Shown: one piece after another, positions 1 to 14,974 of the stretch
Layout of the letters: each line of letters starts with the position of its first letter
Numbering within the stretch: the first letter of the stretch is position 1
Source: the human T2T-CHM13v2.0 reference genome, Homo sapiens
Length of the DNA: 64,000 nt
Strand: one strand, 5' to 3'
Assembly: GCF_009914755.1 (NCBI RefSeq)
Contig: NC_060941.1
Position numbers and translations under genes: made by a program
The notes under the pieces: model-generated
Told to the model about the DNA's origin: nothing
Databases searched by the model: none
What the model saw: only the letters and a program-made list of their open reading frames with translations

Positions 1-114
1 TGTAGGTGACAGGTTGATGGGTGCAGCAAACCACCATGGCACGTGTATACCTATGTAACAAAACTGCATGTTCTGCACATGTAATTCAGAACTTCAAGTA
101 TAATAAAAAAAAAA
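1..114 (+). mobile_element. 3' end and poly(A) of a primate L1 (L1PA7/8-like), continuing beyond the window start
   Basis: TTGATGGGTGCAGCAAACCACCATGGCACGTGTATACCTATGTAACAAAACTGCA...AGTATAATAAAAAAA matches the L1PA 3' UTR terminus. Confidence 0.9.
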
Positions 115-249
115 GATACTTGTTGTATTGTATATTTCATGAGCTAATCCATCTGAAGTCTCTGTCACTCTCCTCCCCTCCTCACAAGTGAACTTGTCCT
201 CTCTTTATCTAAATATATCACTCCTGAGTCTTTTGGACATCAGCAGTGA

Positions 250-2300
250 TTTACCAGCAGAATTCCAGTAATGATGGAGTAGCTTCTATATTAGATTAGT
301 CCTCTTACAAATGACAATTACAAACTCTAGATCAAATTTTTAAAAACAGCTATTGAAAGGCATAGGCAAGCAACCAAAATCATGCAAAACATGGAAAAGA
401 TTTGGCCCCTGAAAGCGTACCATGTTAAGTGAGATTCACGTTTATATGGCTTGCTCCATGATGGTACTCTACAACTGCAGGTGTGAAGCGGTTAAAACTC
501 ATGATCAAGGCATAGATTGCTTGTTTTGTTTTGTTTCTGCCCAAGGAATCAGAAAAAGGAGTTTGGAACTGCAAGAGTGAGTGGAAATTGAAGGGAGAAA
601 TTGCAGATAAAAAAAATCCACAGGTACCCAACTTGGCATGTGAACTCCCCTTCAAATGCTTGGCTGACCTCTGTATTGCACATGCATGGGAGAGAGGCCA
701 AAGATTCCAAAGGAAAAACAATAGCTGGAAACCCTAAAGAGCTAAATGATGAAAAAAAAGTGCAATTCTAGTACCCCAAATTGGAGAGACTTGGAAAACA
801 CCTCAAGCTTTCCATGGAAGCCCAGAAAGATCTCCCACTTTAGGAGTAAAGACAACATTCCAGGACTAACAGATTTTTTCAAGGGCCAAGGGTGAAAAAA
901 TAAATAGGCATTGTCTTGCAGATTACAAAATTAAGCCCTCACAGGTTCAAGATGATCAGTCAGTAATTTAACTGCCTGCTAAAACCAAACTCGACATTCT
1001 CCAGTGAAAGATAACAGGATCTAAAGCCTCTATAAGGTGTCATTCAGCACACCAGTATCATCAAAATTACCAGATTTGGGGGGCACAGAGAACATAGACC
1101 CAGTAGTCAAGAAGAATGTCATTCAACAGAAACATACAGATGCTCCCTGAGTTACAATGGGGTTAGGTTCCAATAAACCCATTGTAGGTTGAAAATATCA
1201 TAAGTCAGAAATGTGTATATTTAATACACCTAACTTACCCAACATCACAGCTTATGCTAGCCTACCTTAAATGTCCTCAAAACACTTACATTAGCCTACA
1301 ATTGCCTAAAATCATCTAACACAAAGCCTATTTTATAAGAAAGTGTTGAAAAACCTCAGATAATTTATTGAATGCTGGTCAAAAAGTGAAAAACAAAATG
1401 GTTGTATGGATACTTAATGTATGGCTTCCACTGAGCATGTATGGCTTACACACCATCATTAAGTTGAAAAATCATCAGTAGAACTATTGTAAGCCAGAGA
1501 CCATCTGTATTCAGAACAAACCAGGTGAAACTATTTTTAGATGGGACAACTAAGATAAGAATGTTAAATAGTCTACAGGAAAAGATAGAGATGTAAGTGA
1601 AGATAATGAAAATTTTATAAGAGAGTTGAACATTGTAAAATAAATCTAATAACTAAACAATATAATATCAGAAATCAAAACTTCATTTAAAAAACTTGAT
1701 TGAATGATATTAACAGCAGATTATACCCAACAAAACAAAAGTTCAGTGAACTTGAAGACAGGTCGATGAAAGTAATTTAAAATGCATAATGAGAAAAAAA
1801 GACTAGAAAAAAAAAACTAACAAAGCCTCAGTTACATCTGAACAATATCAAGCACTCTAACATTTACGTAATTGGAGAGGAAGAGAATAGGGTGAGAAAA
1901 AAATACAAAAATTTTGGTCAACTTTTCTCCAAATTTGATCAAAAGGAGAAACCCCCAAATCCAGGAATATCCATGAATGCTAATCAGAATAAATACAAAG
2001 AAAACCACACTTATGTTAATCAGAGGTAAACTTCTGGAAAACAAAGAGTTTTCTTTAATCTTAAAAACAGCCTTTGAGAAAAAAAAACCCATTACATACA
2101 GGGAACAATGAAAAGACTGACAGCTGACTTCATATTATTATCACACAATGACAACTTCAAGGTGCTAAGATAATAAAACTGTCAACCTGGAGTTCCGTAT
2201 TCAGTAAAATTATTCTTCAAAAATGGAGGTAAAGTAAAAATGCTTTCAGAAAAAAAGAAAGCTAAGTGAATTTATTGCCACTAGAAATTTTACCAAAAAA
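250..2300 (+). mobile_element. Old L1M 5'/ORF1-region fragment, interrupted by MER47
   Basis: A-rich degenerate L1 ORF1-like sequence, e.g. GACTGACAGCTGACTTC and AAAACTGTCAACCTGGAGTTCCGTATTCAGTAAAATTATTCTTCAAAAATG; boundaries approximate. Confidence 0.65.
1137..1507 (+). mobile_element. MER47A-like Tigger-family non-autonomous DNA transposon
   Basis: Termini CAGATG...CATCTG with imperfect TIRs; TA target duplication at 1135-1136 and 1508-1509; interior matches recalled MER47A consensus. Confidence 0.85.
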
Positions 2301-2479
2301 TTTGGATCTACCACAAGTTTATATTTTACACATATTTTTCAAAAATATTTTCTGCTTTATGTTTCCTTTTAAGATTTTATATTTAAATATATTTTTACAT
2401 TTTACATAACAATATCGTTCCCTTCTTTGTCTCAATGTATGAATTAACAGTAATAATAATGGATGACAAGGGATGTGGT

Positions 2480-2945
2480 TATGAGACAGTTATTACACTA
2501 AACTCTTTACCCATTATGACATTTTGTCCTGGCAACAACCCTATACAGTAAAGTTTATTATTATTCCAATTACAAGCTTTATTATTGCGATATAATTTGA
2601 GATGAGGAAACATGTGGAAGAACTGTAATTTGAACTCAGTAAATCTAACTCCAGAGCCTGAATTCTTAAGCACTATGCTGTGTTGCCTCTGGAACATTTA
2701 TTGAGCTATTACTACATGCCAGATACTGTAAAAAGGGTGTTGCATTCATTATTAAATTTAATTCTTAAAATAACCCTAGGGGATAGTTTCAAGTCTTCCT
2801 CTTATTTTACAGATTGCAGAATTGTGCATTTGGAAAGATTAATCAACCTGCCCAAATGTAAAAACCACTAAATTTCTAGGGAAAATTAAATCACAGGTTA
2901 CTGACTCTAGAACCAAGCTCTTAATCAAAGCATTCTATACTACCT
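2480..2945 (-). mobile_element. Two adjacent MIR relics
   Basis: MIR core-like motifs TTATTTTACAGAT, AACCTGCCCAA, TGACTCTAGAACC, TCTAACTCCAGAGCC. Confidence 0.6.
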
Positions 2946-4227
2946 ACATTTATCCTACAAATTTTATTCCCGTACAAAGATCAGAGAAGAAATCACCAAC
3001 AGTTTCTTACAATGTGGGCATATTTTATTACATTAAAATCTAATGTGTTTTTTGAGGATATAAATGATGCAGGATGAGAACTTAGCTGTGTACTAAGTTT
3101 TTAGATATTTGAAGGTCTGGGTCATCTAGCCTGTTCATTGATTAATCCATCCACCTCTGTGCCAGTAGTGTAGCCTTTTAATTATTGTGGCTTTATGGAA
3201 AAGAGTTTTGACAGCTGAGCACCAAAGAAATTATTCAGTTTTCCTTGTACTGTGATCTTTTGATATACTGAGGCAAAACTCCAAATGCAGCCTCAGGAAG
3301 GTTACACAAATTTCAGCTCTCATAGTAGTTTCCTTTAGACAGCACCAAAAGTAGGGGAACTTTTGTGGAGTTGAATTGTGCATTTACTGTTTTAACACCC
3401 TGCTAACAACCAATCTTCAGCAAAGCGGTGGTTTTTTTACTCCATTCTGATTGCTAGTGCAGGAGAGACATCTTATCATCATCATTTAGTTCCCTGGGAA
3501 AACAATAGCAATTGGGCAGCATAGATTTATTAGTGATAGCAAGAGCAAAAGCTGCAGAACACACTGCTCAATTTTTGCCTCATAATTCTTCTAAATTTTC
3601 AATCATTATTTCTTTCTCACTTATAAATTTGTTTTTAATAGAAAGATCATGAACAAGCATTTGTCTTTATTCTGTCACCATGAAAGGTCATTTCCCAGGC
3701 TGGAATGTAAATAAGGCTACGCAAACCTTACTCTCATATAATGGGATTTTTTTGTCCAGTCTTTTCTATTCCCTTCTTTCAAAATTATGAACATTTTCTA
3801 GAACATTGTCAAAGATACCCTTTGCCCTACACTTACAAAAACTATAAATGGTATGGAAAAGTCAAGTTTACTTTCTGAGCTTTCTAATAAACATTTCTGG
3901 AAAGGTCATCTGTCCCATAGAAGCCCACAGACACAGCATATGGGGTCCTTGGCATGCTGTGACAGCTTGGATGTCACTTCTGCTGATACAGTCCCCATAT
4001 TTATGGTCAAAAATGACACCCATGGTTTACCTGCACCCATAGCTATCAGAAACAACTCACTTCCAACCTGCTATTCCCAAATCAAAATGAGACAAAATGT
4101 AAGATTCTTGTGCACTGCCACTGTTGACACTATGGAGTGACCATTACAAAATTTAAAGCTATTTCTCTAACCTCTGGTGTAAACATCTACAACATACTTT
4201 TGTTGTATTTATTATGTTCACTGTTAT

Positions 4228-4623
4228 TGAGGCAGGAGAATAGGGCCTGGAGGCAGGGAACCTAAGGACTTCCTAGAACTAAATCAAATGAAAATACTGC
4301 AGCTATGACAGGAAATATCCTCTTCATTTACATAGGGTGTACATGGAGTAAATGACTTTGTAACTTTACTTCATCCTCTCCATTTACATACGGCGTACAC
4401 CAAGTAACCAGTGGAAACCTTTAGAGGATATTTAAACCCCAGAAAATTCTGTAGCGAGTCTCTTGAGTCCCTATGCTCGGGCCTGCTCCCACCCTGTGGA
4501 GCGTACTTTCGTTTTCAATAAATCTCTGCTTTTGTTGCTTCATTCTTTCCTTGCCTTGTTTGTGCATTTAATCCAATTCTTTGTTTAAGATGCCAAGAAC
4601 CTGGACACCTTCGACCGGTAACA
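4228..4623 (+). mobile_element. ERV1 solo LTR (MER51/MER61 group)
   Basis: TGAGGCAGGAGAATAGGG...GACACCTTCGACCGGTAACA with TG..CA ends; TATTTAAA box, AATAAA; imperfect 4-bp TSD TTAT/ATAT. Confidence 0.85.
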
Positions 4624-5388
4624 ATATGATCATCTCTCAGCCCCTTCCTCTTTATTGCTGCCCTCATTTCTTCTTCCTCTCCTCTTTCTTCTAGACTTCA
4701 TGGCTTTTTTCTTCTAGCGGTCATGCCCTAACATCTTTCATCTCTGATTTCGGTTTATTTTTTGCTCCCAAATTCATAATCTTCTTTCACACCATGTATC
4801 TCTCATCTTGATTCCTACTGTTAATCTTTATCTTTCTTCTTACTCAAATAGAATCTATTCTTCAAGAATGTACTCAAATGAAGCCATTTCTGACCTCTCC
4901 CACTCACATTGGTTGCTATTAAATGTATAGCTTGAACCATACTACTTTTCACTTCGTTTTATTTACTGTATAAAATTATAAAATGTTGGAGCTGAAAGGG
5001 ATCTCAAAATCAGTTATTCAACACACAAAAAAAGTGTAGAAAAGTAGGGGTAATAATAATAAGCACAAAGAAAGATGATATAAAGAAGTCCTAATATATC
5101 AGTAATTACAGATTAAACTTGCAATTGGACCAAACAATTGGACTAAACTTGTCAAAGACAGAAATTGTCAGACTGGATTGTTTTTAAAATCAGAAAATGG
5201 CATAGAAAGAAAATTAAAGGACAAAAAGTATGCCAGTAAAATACTTTAAAAATAGTTTGCATAAAGATATTCACATAAGAAGAATGAACTTTAAGAGAAA
5301 ACCTTTATAAGTGATAGCCACTAATACTGATATGTATTCCCCTTGAAGATATAACAGTTCTAAACTTGTATAATCCTAATAAAAATGC

Positions 5389-5839
5389 TGAAAAAGATCC
5401 TCTTCTTTTACAAAAACTTTAGTCCCACTCTTCTGGGTCCTGTGCTTGACCATGCTATACCTTGGGCTTCCCTCTGTTCTCACAGAATCTGGTTTTGCAA
5501 AACCAAATTAATATGTGACCACTTAATCACCCCTAATATGTGACCTCTCTCGACATCTTATCACCCTGGCTTGCCTTTAACAAGAATTCTGTTATCTGCT
5601 TAGCAAGAATTACCCTCCTACCCCTGTTGTTTCCTCTGGATAATTTTCCATCCGCTGACCCTGACTCTGCTCCTCGGTTATAAATCCTACATGTTCTTGT
5701 TGGACTCAGAGTTGAGTTTAATCTCTCTCCCCCACCACAAGACCCCATTGCTGGGGTTCCTGTATCTATTGCTATGGCCCCCTTGAAGAGTCTTTCTTAC
5801 CTCCTTTAACAAGTGTAATAAGTAATTTTTTCTTTAACA
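5389..5839 (+). mobile_element. MER31-like ERV1 solo LTR
   Basis: TGAAAAAGA...TTTTTTCTTTAACA; interior TAATTTTCCATCCGCTGACCC and TATAAAT; TSD ATGC/ATGT. Confidence 0.8.
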
Positions 5840-5967
5840 ATGTTCCAAAATATATCAGCAAAAACCAATAAGATTGCAGAAAAAAATTAAAAACCATCAT
5901 CATAGTGGAAGACTTCAACATACCTCCCACATTACTGATACACTAAACATATAAAAACTAATAAAGA

Positions 5968-6529
5968 TGTTACCAGAAAGGGTTCCAGATCCAGACCGCA
6001 AGAGAGGGTTCTTGGATCTTGCACAAGAAAGAATTCAGAGTGAGTCCATAGAGTAAAGTGAAAGCAAGTTTATTTATTAGGAAAGTGAAGGAATTAAAGA
6101 TTGGCTACTCCATAGACAGAGCAGCCCTGAGGGCTGTTGGTTGTCCACTTTTATGGTTATTTCTTGATGATATGATAAAAAAAAAAAAGGGTGGATTATT
6201 CATGCCTTTCTTTTTTAGACCGTATAGGCTAACTTCCTGATGTTGCCATGGCATTTGTAAACTGTCCTGGTGCTGGAGGGAGTGTAGCAGTGAGGACAAC
6301 CAGAGGTCACTCTCCTTGCCATTTTGGTTTTGGTGGGTTTTAGCCGGCTTCTTTACTGCAACCTGTTTTAGCAGCAAGGTTTTAATGATCTATATCTTGC
6401 TCTGACTTCTTATCCCATCCTGTGACTTAGAATGCCTAACCATCTGGGAATGCTGTCCAGTAGGTTTCAGCCTTATTTTAGCCAGTTCTTATTCAAGATA
6501 GAATTGCTCTGGTTCAAATGCCTCTGACA
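5968..6529 (-). mobile_element. MER41A-type ERV1 solo LTR
   Basis: Reverse complement starts TGTCAGAGGCATTTGAACCAGAGC and ends ...CTGGTAACA; perfect 4-bp TSD AAGA (5964-5967, 6530-6533). Confidence 0.92.
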
Positions 6530-6616
6530 AAGATACTAAAAATTTGAACAACATAAATAACATAATTGAGTACTTGACGTACATACATCAGTACCTATTA
6601 ATTAAGGAATACACAT

Positions 6617-8202
<1,586 letters not shown>

Positions 8203-8534
8203 AAAACATCTCTTTTAAATAACTGAAAAGTTGAAAAAAATCATAAAGGAAATGTTAAAATACTTAGAAGAAAATAATTAAAATAATTACATGTAAAAAC
8301 TTGTGGAATACTGTTAAAGTGATACTTAGAGGGAAATTTTAGATTTAATATAAGCATATACTAGGATAGATAAAAGCTGAAATTAATGAGTGAAACGTAA
8401 GAAAAATTTTTTTAAGTTACCAAGTTGAAAGCAGGGTTAATAAAACAGAAAACAAAGAGTCATTAGAGAGCATCATGAAAGAAGACAAATTCAACTCCTT
8501 AAAGAGAAAAGCTCAATAATTCTCTGGAGGATTA

Positions 8535-8908
<374 letters not shown>

Positions 8909-11259
8909 TAGGAACAACTACCACTACATTACAGACTTTTTTAATGCTAAGAGAGCACTATAAAAAAAAAAACTATGCCAGACACTTTTGAAAACTTAGA
9001 TGAAATGAAAATATACTAGAAAAAAATAATAACTTACCAAAACAGATTTGAAAAGATATAGAATAGTTGCATAACTTTATGAAGTCACATAAAAATTTCA
9101 GGCTCAGGTAATATTGCAGGAAATTTCCACCAAACTTCAAAAATACTTGCAATTTTAAAACTACACAAAATCTTCCAGAAAATAGAAAAATAAGCAACAC
9201 TTATGGAATATAATTTTTTCAAATGTTCAGTTTCTCAATATGATCATGTGAAATAAGAAATAGTTACACATTGGTCAGTTTGTAATAACTCTGCCTTTGA
9301 ATTTTTATTTTTAATCTTCATGTTTGCTTATCAAGTTTCTCTCTCTGTTTGTACACAGAAATCTAAGAGCATTATTATTTCATTAGCACCACCAATTTGA
9401 AATATATAAATAAGTCCCAATTTTTCAAAATAAACTCAAGGGTTAAAGAGTTAAATTACTATATTTTACCATAGGAAGATAGAAAAAAATCAAAATATTA
9501 TTTATCAATTCTTTGAAGAAATGATCACTTCCTCTATTTGAAGTAAGCTAAGAAATCATAAAGACAATTGAAAATATGTTTGATCATCTAAAATTAAAAG
9601 TATTTTGCATTAAAAATAAAAGATTAAAAGAAAAACTAAAATAGGAAGATGTTTGCAGCAAATTGTTACTATATATTATAAGACAATATCTCAACCCACC
9701 ATTAGATAAAATGGGCAATGAATAGAGGCACAATGAAAGTTCTAATAAACAAATATATAGAAAATGTTCAACCTTGTTTTTCATAAACATCTAAAGTCAA
9801 CCTTTAGATAACAATTTATAGCTATTAAATTATTCTGAAGTTTTAAATATTCACACTGAAAAACTGGCAATATTGTGTCAACTTTGCCATACTCCTATGT
9901 GCTGATTGGCACTAAGAGATGGAAAAATTTCAATAATTTTTTGAATCTACTAGGAAATGCTTTCTAAAGAAATGAAAGAAAAAAAAAACAATAGCTAAAT
10001 GCTATATCCATGGGATAATGCACCAACACCTGTAACAGCAAATATTTGAAAACAATTTAAATGTCCATGTAAATGATAGCCCATTAAATTAATGGAATAA
10101 TGTAAGATACTGCCAAAATATTATTAAGTACCAATTACAAGAGGTAATGATAAATATGACATAACATCATTGGAAGTGTTAATGACATAATGTTAAGTAA
10201 AAAACATAGATTCTAAATCTGTCTGATCATTAGGATAATAACTACAAACAATATATGCTACTGGATTCAGAAGGATATCTGAAAACAAGTAAGTCAATTA
10301 TTGGATTAGGATAGTGGCATAGTAAGTGATTTATATTTCGTTGTTTACATTTTCTTTCATTTTGTTGTAAAATTGCCTTTAAATTTTTTTAAGGAAATTG
10401 TTTTAATGAGGGAGAGATAGCGCAAGCTGGCCTTCCAAACCCAGGAACTTTAGCATGGACATTAATCACAGTAAATGGATTTGAAAGATGATCATTAAAC
10501 TTCCAACAGATTTATTAAATGATAATGTCAGAGCATTTGGCCACACATATGCTTTTGGGTAGCTCATCAGTACAAACAATTTTCCAGAATGCAGTTGCCC
10601 TTTTCATTTAATTAAATTCATGTACAAACCAAAGAAATACCAAAAGGCCCAGTGCTATTTCCATAGGAGATTTGATATGGCTAATATAGAGTTCTATAGC
10701 TTATAAGGCATAGATATATCTTCCCCAGCAAGAGTCTATTTCACAATTTGCCAGTTTGTGTGATTATTCAAGAATTGCCATTATGTGTGATTTGGTCATA
10801 GAGATAATGGATACACACAGACATTAAGGAGGATACTAAACATATCTGTATTGGACTTACCCTAAGAGGATGACTGACTCTTTGCCAATACAAGTCAAAT
10901 TTCCTGAATATAACTAGAGGCCAGTAATTTATAGGACCCTCCATTTATATTCTATTTTCCTCTCTCCACCGCTAATCTTTTCCATCATCACATGAAAATT
11001 CTTTGACCCCTATGTTGGGGTACAGCAAGAAGAGAAAGTGAAGTGTGGAGGTTAAAAAAAAAAAAAAGTATCCTTACAGCATAGAGGATCTTCTGCATGG
11101 GAGAATCTTTCCTCAGCTACAGTTTGACTTCCAGGTACTTCCATTATAAAGATGTTGCTTCAAAATTGATTGAGAGTGGAGGAAGCTTTTGGATTTAATG
11201 TTGTAGAATAAATAACTACCTGTGAGAGAATCACTGTTAAAATGGAGACATTATAAAGA

Positions 11260-11595
11260 AAATAATAGCTAATATTTATAGCACAAATGATGCTTTATGA
11301 AATGCCTTTGCAGGTATTCTTTTGTTTCATTTTTACAGCAACTTTGCATTCCAAAAAATATGATTATTCTCGTTTTACAGATAATAAAAATAGGCTCAAA
11401 GAGATGATCAATAGATGAACAAAACTACAGGGACTTACAATAGATGAACCCACTATGAGTATTTATATGTAAGTACCTTTATGTGGAAAAGACGTATTGT
11501 GAGATATAAACTTATCTCAAAATAATTCAAGTATGAAGTCATATAGCCAGGATTCAAGCACAGGTCTTTCGACTCCAAATCCCATGCTCTTTTGC
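11260..11595 (-). mobile_element. MIR relic
   Basis: ATAATAGCTAATATTTATAG...TTTTACAGAT...AGGATTCAAGCACAGGTCTTTCGACTCCAAATCCCATGCTCTT. Confidence 0.7.
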
Positions 11596-13136
11596 AAATA
11601 AGCAGTGATACTCTTCTTAGGGAGAGATGCCTTTTTTCCCGGTCTTTAGCAAATAAACATGTATATGTGTCAGGAAGTGTAGCAGGGTGAATAAATTTTC
11701 ACTTAAAACCTTAAGCTGACTTTAATAGCTTCTGTGCTTTGTAAAGAAAGCAAGAAAGTGTGGAGAGCCTAGCTTAAATCATACCAACTGAAAAAGAAAT
11801 CCTTATGCACTCATTAAAGAGAAGAGAGGAAACTGAAATCTTAAAGGCGTCTGCCAGCTCTTCTGTTGGACTAAAGGGTTAGATTACTCTTTATTTTGGA
11901 AAAGCCTATGAATGAGTCTTTGAAAATGCAAAAGTAGATCCAAACTGAGTGGAAGAGTGGAAAGATAAGTTATTCTGTTTAATAACGTGAGGGAAATTGG
12001 ATCTAAAGAGGGGGAAAGGGGACTGTAGTGATGTGGTAGATGGACCCTTAAATCATTTAATATTCAGTTTTAAGTTTATTGTCTGTGAAGTGCTAGCCCT
12101 CCATCATCCTGGACCTTCTCGAAGTCTGCACGCACACATACACATGCGGATACACAGACATTCTTGCACACACACATACACACACACAAAAATGCTTTGC
12201 ATCAAGGATTTGGAGAACAAAGAAAAAAGCTAAGTTTCCTATTTGATTGACTGTGCAGCAGAAAGAAGAGTCACAGGAGTCAAATTGTAGTCGGATTGAA
12301 AATTCAATGTGAAAATGAGATGATCAGAACATAGTCCCTAGGAATCTGCCAAAGTGTGTAGGAAAGTATTATACTTAAATCAGACCTTAAATCTCAAAAA
12401 ATAGGTCGACTTCACAACATCTGGGTAAAAAATATATGTCTGGGTGAAAGTATCCTTTATGTGTAGTTACCTATATTTAGAAAAGATGGACATGAGCCCT
12501 CCATCGTTTAGTTTATCCAATTATTTAACAAATATTTATTCAGTGTTATCAATTGCCAGGAATTACAGTTAGACACTAATGTCTGGGAGAGTTAGACATA
12601 GCTCCTTTTCTTAAGAACTGCATGGTTCAATGTGTGAGAAAGATTAGAAAATGACAATTGAACTGCACAGTGACTTTGACAGCAAAAACTCTAAAAGAAT
12701 CATCCTTTTTCTGACAAGAGAACTGAGAAAAAGGACTCCTGCAAGGCAATCAGTATGTGAGAAATTCCTAGTTTGGCTTTTTTAAATTTTTTTTTAACCC
12801 TCTCTCTCTCTTTTTCTCTCTGGGACTTGCCCCTAGGTCAGCCCAAGTCACAGAGCCACACTGCGAACTTGATGGTGATGGTTGTGTGGGTATCTGAATC
12901 CCTGAGAGAAAACCATCTCTCTGGCCAAAGGAGATGAGGAAAATGATGTTTGTTTTCCAAAGAGTGTAAGGAGAAATTCCTGTGAAATTTCCTCTCTCTT
13001 TCCTCTTGTTGCATCATACTGAGGACAGTCCCAGTTGTGTGGAAATACAAGACAGTGCAAGGGGAACCCAGTTTTTCCTGCTATTCTGGAAGGAAAAACT
13101 AAGATAGCAGGCTCCCAGGAGCTGAGGAGTTCAAGC

Positions 13137-13772
13137 AAGGCTGGGACTAGGATGATGCAAGGTAGGCACCTAAGGAGAAAATTTTAAGAGGTGTTTAAAA
13201 AAAAATTCAATGATGCTTATTAAGGAACAGTAAGGAAGATTTCATTCAGGACCATTGCGATAGGTGTAGTGACCATCACGATAAAGGGATTTTTGCAGTA
13301 AGGGACAGAGATTGGACTCAACTTCAAATATAGCATGGGCCAGCGGGAATTTATATCTAAGGAGCAGAGTGAGGGTCAGTGGATGGAAAATTACTAAGAG
13401 GAAGCATCGGGTAAGGGAAATTCTAGCTAAAGCAAACTAACAGAACTTATGCTAAAGACAGGCTTGGGTGATCAGACATTGCCTAGGGCAAGGTGGAGGA
13501 AGAGGAACAGGATCAGACATCAAGAGTGATCAGATAATGAGAGTAAAGGTTGATACTAAACTGACTTAGCAGGGTTCTTTGGTAAAACTGGATTTTACAA
13601 GGAAGTACACAAATGGGCAGAGGAGAAAGTTCAGGAGCCCGACTAAAGTTTGGACAAGCAAAGAATCTTCATGAGAGGTCACTGGCTTTCAGGGCTGATC
13701 AACTGCCAACACTGTACATACATCACCTTGAGAGTGAGTGCTTCCTGAAATTTTGCACTCTAGGAGTCTCAT
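13137..13772. mobile_element. MER96-like palindromic hAT MITE interrupted by MER31
   Basis: Left arm GGCTGGGACTAGG...CCTAAGGAGAAAATTTTAAGAGG; right arm CCTTGAGAGTGAGTGCTTCCTGAAATTTTGCACTCTAGG. Confidence 0.65.
13192..13674 (-). mobile_element. MER31-like ERV1 solo LTR
   Basis: Reverse-complement homologue of 5389-5839 (GGGTCAGTGGATGGAAAATTACTAAGAGG); TSD GAGG at 13188-13191 and 13675-13678. Confidence 0.82.
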
Positions 13773-14447
13773 TGTTAAGAAAAAATCTTGAATGCAACCA
13801 GAAGAAAAAAATGAAACCTTGGATAAAATAAAACAAAATGATCCAAATGAATATGGATTTCTCATCAGAAACTTTCAAAGCCAGAGGCAGCAAAAGAACA
13901 TCTTTAAACTGTTGAAAGGAAAAAAGCTGTTTATCTAGAATTCTATATCCTGTGAAAATATCCTTCAAAATAAAGAAAAAATAATTTTCAGAAGAAGGAA
14001 TGCTTGTGAAGTTTCAGATGAAAAACCAACAAACCTTTTCTAAAATGAATGCAAAAGGAAGTTCTTCAGGTTGAAGAAATATGATACCCTATAGAAACTT
14101 GGAACTTTAGGAATGAAGAAAAAGCAGTAACAATGGTAAATATCTGGGGAAATGTAATAGACTCTTTTTCTCCCCTTGAGTTGTTAATTTCTCTTATGAG
14201 CACAAATAAATGAAACTAAAATAGAAAAACAACAGAGAAAACAATAATATCAAAAGCTGGTCCTTTGAAAAGATTAATGAAATGTATAATCCTCAAGAAA
14301 GACTGATGAAAAACAAAAGGTGAAGATACAATTTACCAATATCAGGAATGAAAGCAGTATATCACTAAAGACAGCACAAATATTAAAATGATAAAAAGGA
14401 GCAACTACAAACAATCCCATAAATTCAACAACATAAATGAAATGGCC

Positions 14448-14930
14448 TGTGATGTTAATACTGAGTGTCAACTTGATTGGATTGAAGGATCCAAAGTATT
14501 GATCCTGAGTGTGTCTGTGAGGGTGTTGCCAAAGGAGATTAACATTTGAGTCAGTGGGCTGGGAAAGGCAGACCCATCCTTAATCTGGGTCAGCACAATC
14601 TAATCAGCTGCCAGCACAGCTAGAATAAAAAGCAGGCAGAAAAATGTGAAAAGAGAGATTGGCCTAACCTACCAGCCTACATCTTCTCCTGTGCTGGTTG
14701 CTTCCTGCCCTCAAACATCAGACTCCAGGTTCTTCAGTTTTGGAACTCAAACTGAACCTCCTTGCTCCTCAGCCTGCAGACAGCCTATTGTGGGACCTTG
14801 TGATCGTGTGAGTTAATACTTAATAAACTTCACTTTATATATATAGATATAGATATATTTATATAGATAGATATAAATATAGATATAAATATTTATATAT
14901 ATATATGGTTCTCTAGAGAACCCCAATACA
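14448..14930 (+). promoter_or_regulatory. MLT2A1-type 5' LTR (promoter)
   Basis: TGTGATG..TTAATACTGAGTGTCAACTTGATTGGATTG...AATACA; internal (TA)-rich tract. Confidence 0.9.
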
Positions 14931-14935
14931 GATTT

Positions 14936-14950
14936 TGGTACCAGGAGTGG
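14936..14950 (+). other. Primer-binding site (tRNA-Leu type)
   Basis: TGGTACCAGGAGTGG 5 nt after the 5' LTR, complementary to a tRNA-Leu 3' end, as expected for HERV-L. Confidence 0.85.
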
Positions 14951-14974
14951 TTTTAGAGGAACAGAATACTAAGG

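Noticed and set aside
5968-6529. Interferon-gamma/STAT1 enhancer of MER41B type
   Set aside because: I do not see the tandem TTCCGGGAA-type GAS segment; the copy has MER41A structure
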